From an uncultured bacterium (GTDB lineage Bacteria; Patescibacteriota; Saccharimonadia; UBA4664; SCTI01), in contig CBDTXE010000002.1 in assembly GCA_965364395.1 (NCBI GenBank), forward strand, positions 1 through 35,887: a stretch of DNA of 35,887 nucleotides, written 5' to 3'. This document shows, one piece after another, positions 31,478-35,887 of this stretch. Position 1 is the stretch's first letter; each line of letters begins with the position of its first letter. The notes beneath the pieces are model-generated. The model did not search any database. It was given only the letters and a program-made list of their open reading frames with translations, and was not told the DNA's origin. Made by a program: the position numbers and the translations under genes.

Positions 31478-32157
31478 TACAGTGCGTACCTCCCCTGCTC
31501 CTCGTCCTTGATAATCCGGCCGCGCTGGATGGTGATTACCCGGCGCTTGAGGGCGTTAACGATGTCTTTGTTGTGGGTGGTCAGCAGGACCGTGGTGCCA
31601 AAGCGGTTGATTTTAAGCAGTAGCTCAATAATGTCCCATGACGTCTTGGGGTCCAAATTGCCGGTGGGCTCGTCGGCGATCAGGATTTTGGGCTGGCGGA
31701 TCAGCGCGCGGGCAATGGCGACGCGCTGGCGCTCGCCTCCGGATAATTCCCTGGGATAGTTCTTGTCCTTACCGCTAAGGCCCACCATCTGCAGCATGCG
31801 TGGAACGTTGCGCTTTATCTCGCGGTTGGGGGCTTCGGCCACCTCGAGGGCGAATGAAATGTTCTCATAAACCGTCCGGTTTGGCAGCAGCTTAAAGTCC
31901 TGAAACACCGTGCCAATACGCCGCCGCAAATGCGGGATATTTCGATACACGATGGTGTCGTAGTCCAAGCCGCCGACGATGATTTTGCCTGACGTCTGGA
32001 CTTCCTCTCGGGTCAGCAACTTAATCAGCGTTGACTTGCCCGCGCCGCTGGCTCCCACGATCGTGACAAATTCCTTGGGCTGGATATGGAGGTTCAGCCC
32101 GCTCAGCGCGATCTGTTTATTGGGATACATTTTGGTGACGCGGTCTAAGAGTATCAC
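31477..32157 (-). CDS. ftsE: Cell division ATP-binding protein FtsE
   Basis: Walker A GASGAGKST, signature LSGGERQR and Walker B ILIADEPT. Start chosen at GTG 32157 ((M)ILLDRVTKMY matches FtsE N-termini), 6 nt after TGcTACCAT. ATG 32175 is the alternative. Confidence 0.88.
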   Translation of the reverse strand: MILLDRVTKMYPNKQIALSGLNLHIQPKEFVTIVGASGAGKSTLIKLLTREEVQTSGKIIVGGLDYDTIVYRNIPHLRRRIGTVFQDFKLLPNRTVYENISFALEVAEAPNREIKRNVPRMLQMVGLSGKDKNYPRELSGGERQRVAIARALIRQPKILIADEPTGNLDPKTSWDIIELLLKINRFGTTVLLTTHNKDIVNALKRRVITIQRGRIIKDEEQGRYAL

Positions 32158-32223
32158 GTGACTATGGTAGCACATTTGACGGCTTAGCAGCCGCAAAAGC
32201 ATAAGATTATTGCAGATACGCGA

Positions 32224-32253
32224 AAGGCCCGCGGACGGTAGTCCGCGGGCCTT
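32224..32253 (-). terminator. 13-bp GC hairpin after the 32279-32641 gene
   Basis: AAGGCCCGCGGAC / GTCCGCGGGCCTT with a 4-nt loop and a weak T-tract (TTCGCG). Confidence 0.5.
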
Positions 32254-32278
32254 GTCTACACGACGCCGCAGGGGCGCC

Positions 32279-32641
32279 TCACTCACCGCAGGGCGCGTCC
32301 TTTGAAGCCCCGAGAGCTTCGACCTCGCCCTTCGTTAGCATGAGTCGCGGCCTTACCCGCTCGTCCTCAATGTCTCCCACACGGGCGAGCGACAGCGGAA
32401 ATGTCCGCACGTCTTGCAAGCCGTTTTCCCATAGTTCGACTACGTCAGCGGGGAAATCGTCGATTGTTTGCACTCCAGGCCGATACGCCCGTGATAACGA
32501 TGGGGCCACCACCCGCGCGCGGCGTGCGTCAAAGAGGTGGAGATGGCGAATAATCTGCAAGAACTGCTCTGGACTGAAAACCCGTTTGCGCGGCGGGAAG
32601 GTGCCGTGCCGGCGGCGGTTGCGATGCAGCTTGCGGCTCAT
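32279..32641 (-). CDS. Hypothetical protein (120 aa, very basic N-terminus)
   Basis: ATG at 32641 behind GGGGGA. Has its own promoter and terminator hairpin. No family recognised. Confidence 0.5.
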   Translation of the reverse strand: MSRKLHRNRRRHGTFPPRKRVFSPEQFLQIIRHLHLFDARRARVVAPSLSRAYRPGVQTIDDFPADVVELWENGLQDVRTFPLSLARVGDIEDERVRPRLMLTKGEVEALGASKDAPCGE

Positions 32642-32658
32642 TTAGTCCCCCAAACGTA

Positions 32659-32706
32659 TTGTCAATGCCTAGACTATATTATACAATGCTTGGGTACTTT
32701 TGTACA
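32659..32706. promoter_or_regulatory. Two divergent promoters with overlapping -10 boxes
   Basis: Plus strand: TTGTCA (32659-32664), 17-nt spacer, TACAAT (32682-32687). Minus strand: TGTACA (32706-32701), 17-nt spacer, TATAAT (32683-32678). Confidence 0.55.
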
Positions 32707-32742
32707 TACCGGCAACGTCCACAACCGACCTTCGGAGGTCCG

Positions 32743-33078
32743 ATGCACCGTTCAATCCCCTGTCTGGTCGCGGCCGGCTGCGCAGCGGCATTGGTCGCGT
32801 CCCCACCGCCGAACGCCCAGGCCGCGACCAAGTGCCGCGGCCTGGAAGTCAGGAACGAAAACGCCGGCGCCATCAAGACGTTCTTCGTCGACGACATTCG
32901 GGCCACCCGCATGACCTGTACGTCTGCCCGCCGCGTGATGCGCTGGTATTTCACGGCTGACGAGCTTCGCGACTATCGCTGTGTGGAGCCCCCCTCGCGG
33001 TTCTTCAAGGTCCGCTGCACCAAAGGAAGCCTCACGGTTGAGGCAAGATTCAAGCCCAAGGTCAAGTTGAAGGACTGA
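32743..33078 (+). CDS. Small secreted Cys-containing hypothetical protein (111 aa precursor)
   Basis: Start moved to MHRSIPCLVAAGCAAALVASPPPNAQA (ATG 32743), preceded by GGAGG. Signal-peptide-like N-terminus with four Cys in the mature part. Confidence 0.6.
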   Translation: MHRSIPCLVAAGCAAALVASPPPNAQAATKCRGLEVRNENAGAIKTFFVDDIRATRMTCTSARRVMRWYFTADELRDYRCVEPPSRFFKVRCTKGSLTVEARFKPKVKLKD

Positions 33079-33084
33079 CCAAAC

Positions 33085-33111
33085 GAGCCCCGGCCTCCTG
33101 CGCCGGGGCTC
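33085..33111. terminator. 10-bp GC hairpin between the convergent genes 32743-33078 (+) and the M23 peptidase gene (-)
   Basis: GAGCCCCGGC / GCCGGGGCTC with a 7-nt loop. Confidence 0.5.
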
Positions 33112-33130
33112 ACCCCTCGGAATTATTGAA

Positions 33131-34168
33131 TCAGCACCTGGGATAATCGCTGGCGCGGGCGCCCAGATGGCCGTAGATGCTGCGCAGGCCGCCGCCGTGG
33201 TCAATGATGACGTGGTCGCCAAATCCTGTCCGGTTGTACCCCGCAAAGACTACGGTGCCGCCGGAGGCCGCGTGTACTGGGGCGCCAAAGTAGGAGGTCA
33301 TGTCAATGCCGGCGTGGAAGGAGTAAGGGGCCGCCCAATTTGCTGGCCCAAAGCCTTGGGATACGCCATAGCCGGACACGGGCATGCGGAATCGGCCGGC
33401 AAAGTTGGCCGGGTTAGCTGGAGAGCCGCCCTGCTGAATCTCAAAATGCAGGTGCACGCCCGTAGAACAGCCGCTGGTTCCCATAAAGCCAATCAAGTCG
33501 CCGGGGTTGACCCACTGCCCAACCATCACCACCTGGCCGCCATAGGCCGCTAGTTTTGACTTCAACTGCTCGCGGGCGGCGTTGATGGCGGCTAGCGAGT
33601 TGGACTGCTGGGCGCGCGCAAAGGCCAGGCCGTTTTGTTGCTCGGCCAGTTTGGCATCAAGCTGGCCCAGGTCCGCGGCGCGGGCGTCAAGGGCCTTCTT
33701 GATCTTGAGGACTTCATCAACGGCGGCGGCAATCTTGCTCTGGCCGGCCTTCAGGTACTCGTCGCGCTCCACAAATTCCGACATATTTTTGGCTTTCACC
33801 AGCATCTCAAGGTCCGACTCGCGATTGCGCTGGTATTCGTGCCGGACCAGCTCGTTTAACAGAGCTTGGTTAGCGGCCATGCGGGCTTTGGCGTCGGCAA
33901 TGGCGGCGTAGGTGCGGGCTATTTCAGCCTTGGTCCCGGCAATTTGCGCCTGCACAACTGCTAGTTGAGCATCGGTATTGCCAATAGCCGCGCTAGTCTC
34001 CGCCGCGCGGCGGTTCTGGTCGTTGAGGTCACTAGTCAGCGCTTGATATTGGTTGGCGTTGACGCCCAGCGGCAGCAATGACGCAAACAGCGCGGCTGCA
34101 ATTAACAGACCGCGCCGCGTTCCTCGCCACAACTCCCCGCCCAAATAAGTGCTTATGCGTTCCCTCAC
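33131..34168 (-). CDS. Secreted coiled-coil plus M23 (LytM) metallopeptidase, EnvC-like architecture, with catalytic motifs in permuted order
   Basis: 345-aa ORF with a GTG start, a signal peptide and a long coiled coil. HLHFE (aa 239-243) precedes FHAGID (aa 284-289). Confidence 0.85.
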   Translation of the reverse strand: MRERISTYLGGELWRGTRRGLLIAAALFASLLPLGVNANQYQALTSDLNDQNRRAAETSAAIGNTDAQLAVVQAQIAGTKAEIARTYAAIADAKARMAANQALLNELVRHEYQRNRESDLEMLVKAKNMSEFVERDEYLKAGQSKIAAAVDEVLKIKKALDARAADLGQLDAKLAEQQNGLAFARAQQSNSLAAINAAREQLKSKLAAYGGQVVMVGQWVNPGDLIGFMGTSGCSTGVHLHFEIQQGGSPANPANFAGRFRMPVSGYGVSQGFGPANWAAPYSFHAGIDMTSYFGAPVHAASGGTVVFAGYNRTGFGDHVIIDHGGGLRSIYGHLGARASDYPRC

Positions 34169-34175
34169 AAGCGGT

Positions 34176-34204
34176 ATTTAAGCGGAGCGCTATATGTCTG
34201 TCAA
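34176..34204 (-). promoter_or_regulatory. Promoter TTGACA-17-TTAAAT, 7 nt upstream of the M23 GTG start
   Basis: Minus strand has TTGACA (34204-34199) and TTAAAT (34181-34176), then ACCGCTT and the GTG at 34168. There is no SD. Confidence 0.55.
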
Positions 34205-34338
34205 ACGCTGCAAATGGCTTTCCAAAGCCACTATGTTTTAAGCATGAGCATTTTCAACGCCTTGGCTAAGCCAAAAGCCCCGCCTAGACAAAATTACGGA
34301 AAATAAACCGGATTTGGCGCTAGATTTTGGAAGTTACA

Positions 34339-35490
34339 TCAAAACGTCAGCTTGGCGGCAATGTCATATCCCACCACCGCGGCACACGGGCTTCCGCTCG
34401 CCAGTCCAAAGTTGGCGGCGGAGCGGTTAACAAAACTGGGATTGCTGACCGTAACGTTACCCGAGTACGCTATTCCTCCCCCGCTCTCCGCCGGCTTGTT
34501 AATGCAGTTGTTGCGGCCAATGTTGCCGCTGCCAACGGCAGCGCCCCAATACGTATGGATGGAAAATTCGGCGGCGTTGGATAGGATATTGTTTTCAATG
34601 ATATTGCCTCGTGAAGTGGTGCCGCCGTCCGAGCCAACGATGACCGATGACCGCGGCGCGCCGTCCACCACATTGTGATGGATGCGGTTATTCTGTGCAT
34701 TTGGATATACCTGGATGCCGTAGGCGCCAACGCCCCAAATCACATTGTCGCGGACTTCCATGCCGGTCACGGTACCCATGTAAATGCCATGGGAGAACTG
34801 GACCTTGCCGCAGTTATGGATCTTATTGCGCTGCACTACCACGTTTTGGGGGTTGTTGTCCACGTACAGACATGATCCCTCGGTGCCGTTGGCTGCGACG
34901 TTATTGTTTGTGATATCGCTGTCTTCAATCGTGACATTGGAAGCTTCTATCCAAAATGTAGTCACTGGCTGGGTATCGCCATTAACGGCCACCCGGCGCA
35001 TTTTGAACCCATTGGCACTGGGCATTACGTGGACGCCGCCCCTAATGGTTGCACGTTCTCCAGGGTAACTAGCTAAAACGTAACTGCCGCGGACCAGCAG
35101 GTACTGGTTTGTCGGCACATAGCTGCCCGTGCGTAAACAGCCAGTCTGCCCTGCCGAAAGCGTATCGATAAATGCTTGGATATTCCCGCCGGCCGCCAAG
35201 GTCTTGGTACAGCTCACCGGCGGTGACGACGGGCTGGGGCTAGGTGCTGGCGAGGGACTTGCCGACGGGCTGGGCGTGGGCGCGGTCTTACCGTAGTTAC
35301 TAAGCAGAATCGACAGGTCAACCACGTCTACCCTGCCGTCCTCGTTGATATCGCCCTGCAAGGCGGCGGCCAGTACTGCAACAGGGTTTGGCGCAAACTC
35401 GTACAGACCAACGGATAAACCCGCAACCAGGGCCACAAAAGCCACGCCCGCGCGCGGGCTAGTCTTTAGTGCTTGGAGTATTGGCTTCAT
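34339..35490 (-). CDS. Secreted or anchored protein with a dockerin-like Ca-binding repeat, a Pro/Ser linker and a right-handed parallel beta-helix domain
   Basis: 383-aa ORF with an N-terminal hydrophobic segment, GDINEDGRVDVVDLSILLSNYG, the linker TPSPSASPSPAPSPSPS, and repeated NN/I-x-N beta-helix-type segments. Confidence 0.7.
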   Translation of the reverse strand: MKPILQALKTSPRAGVAFVALVAGLSVGLYEFAPNPVAVLAAALQGDINEDGRVDVVDLSILLSNYGKTAPTPSPSASPSPAPSPSPSSPPVSCTKTLAAGGNIQAFIDTLSAGQTGCLRTGSYVPTNQYLLVRGSYVLASYPGERATIRGGVHVMPSANGFKMRRVAVNGDTQPVTTFWIEASNVTIEDSDITNNNVAANGTEGSCLYVDNNPQNVVVQRNKIHNCGKVQFSHGIYMGTVTGMEVRDNVIWGVGAYGIQVYPNAQNNRIHHNVVDGAPRSSVIVGSDGGTTSRGNIIENNILSNAAEFSIHTYWGAAVGSGNIGRNNCINKPAESGGGIAYSGNVTVSNPSFVNRSAANFGLASGSPCAAVVGYDIAAKLTF

Positions 35491-35553
35491 GGTTTTGGTT
35501 TTTCGACTTTTGGGTTAAGCGTAACTATGTTGGCAAGCAATGGGAAGACTTTT

Positions 35554-35887
35554 TTAGGCGCCGATTTGGGACTGCAAGTATGCGTCGGTGAATTCATCGA
35601 TGCCGCCGTCCAGCACGGCCTGCGTATTGCTGGTCTCGTGGCCGGTACGGTGGTCCTTGACCTTAGTGTACGGATGCAAGACATAGGAGCGGATCTGGCT
35701 TCCCCACTCCACGCTCTGCGGAGCACCACGCAGCTCTCCCAGCTCAGCCTTTTGCTGCTCATGCATCATGGCGGTCAGCCGCGACTTCAGGATGGCCATC
35801 GCCTTTTCCTTGTTTTGCAGCTGCGACCGCTCATTCTGGATCGCCACGACGGTATTGGTGGGAATATGGGTGATGCGTACGGCGGAG
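35554..35887 (-). CDS. prfB: Peptide chain release factor 2, C-terminal part (truncated by the window edge)
   Basis: The frame is open to the window end (…[26 protein letters not shown]…). The C-terminus [32 protein letters not shown] matches RF2 rather than RF1. Confidence 0.85.
   Translation of the reverse strand, partial: SAVRITHIPTNTVVAIQNERSQLQNKEKAMAILKSRLTAMMHEQQKAELGELRGAPQSVEWGSQIRSYVLHPYTKVKDHRTGHETSNTQAVLDGGIDEFTDAYLQSQIGA

Noticed and set aside
32658-32666. The 9-mer ATTGTCAAT shared by the 22885-22899 palindrome and the 32659 promoter, as evidence for a common regulator of the islets
   Set aside because: The shared core is essentially the -35 consensus (TTGACA/TTGTCA) plus three flanking bases. 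Other promoters here have similar extended -35 regions, so coincidence is the likely explanation.
1-35887. Prophage, IS element, integron, or tRNA/rRNA genes
   Set aside because: I recognised no integrase, transposase, recombinase or phage structural genes, and no terminal inverted repeats flank the islets. No intergenic region is long enough or shows cloverleaf or rRNA-like features.

Overview
Gene-dense 36-kb chromosomal segment. Almost all recognisable housekeeping genes lie on the minus strand. They comprise a reduced dcw cluster (mraZ-rsmH-ftsL-ftsI-mraY-ftsW-murG-ftsQ, with no mur ligases in their usual slots), a YvcK-family gene, glyQS and recO. They continue with a large soluble GAF/PAS histidine kinase plus a stand-alone receiver, xseA-xseB, pyrG and dut. 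A cell-wall remodelling block follows (S41 protease, coiled-coil CHAP hydrolase, ftsEX, coiled-coil M23 peptidase, dockerin/beta-helix protein), and the window ends in a truncated prfB. I saw no rRNA, tRNA, CRISPR array, transposase or integrase. About ten short ORFan genes are interleaved with this backbone (8601-9035, 13226-13690, 13853-14455, 15025-15441, 21677-22174, 22216-22752, 23027-23485, 30298-30489, 32279-32641, 32743-33078). Most have a readable sigma70-type promoter, a Shine-Dalgarno site and a GC-rich hairpin, and their third codon positions are visibly more G/C-rich than those of the backbone genes. The observations I rate highest are these. (1) A two-gene ORFan operon lies behind a leaderless 27-codon uORF whose Arg-Arg-Arg codons form the 5' arm of a hairpin followed by U6. 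(2) The M23 peptidase domain has its catalytic motifs in permuted order. (3) Two tandem paralogs share an identical CxxC-x23-CxxC spacing. (4) ftsEX is flanked by both a PcsB-like and an EnvC-like hydrolase, and the PcsB-like gene can only start at ATT. (5) Many genes have a -10 box 6-10 nt from the start codon and no SD, which suggests leaderless mRNAs. (6) Two unusually long non-coding spacers with CA-rich repeats and a tiny translationally coupled ORF sit inside the dcw operon. Taxonomy cannot be determined from the sequence alone. A small-genome lineage is possible but speculative. All coordinates, translations and motif calls outside the supplied ORF track were made by hand.
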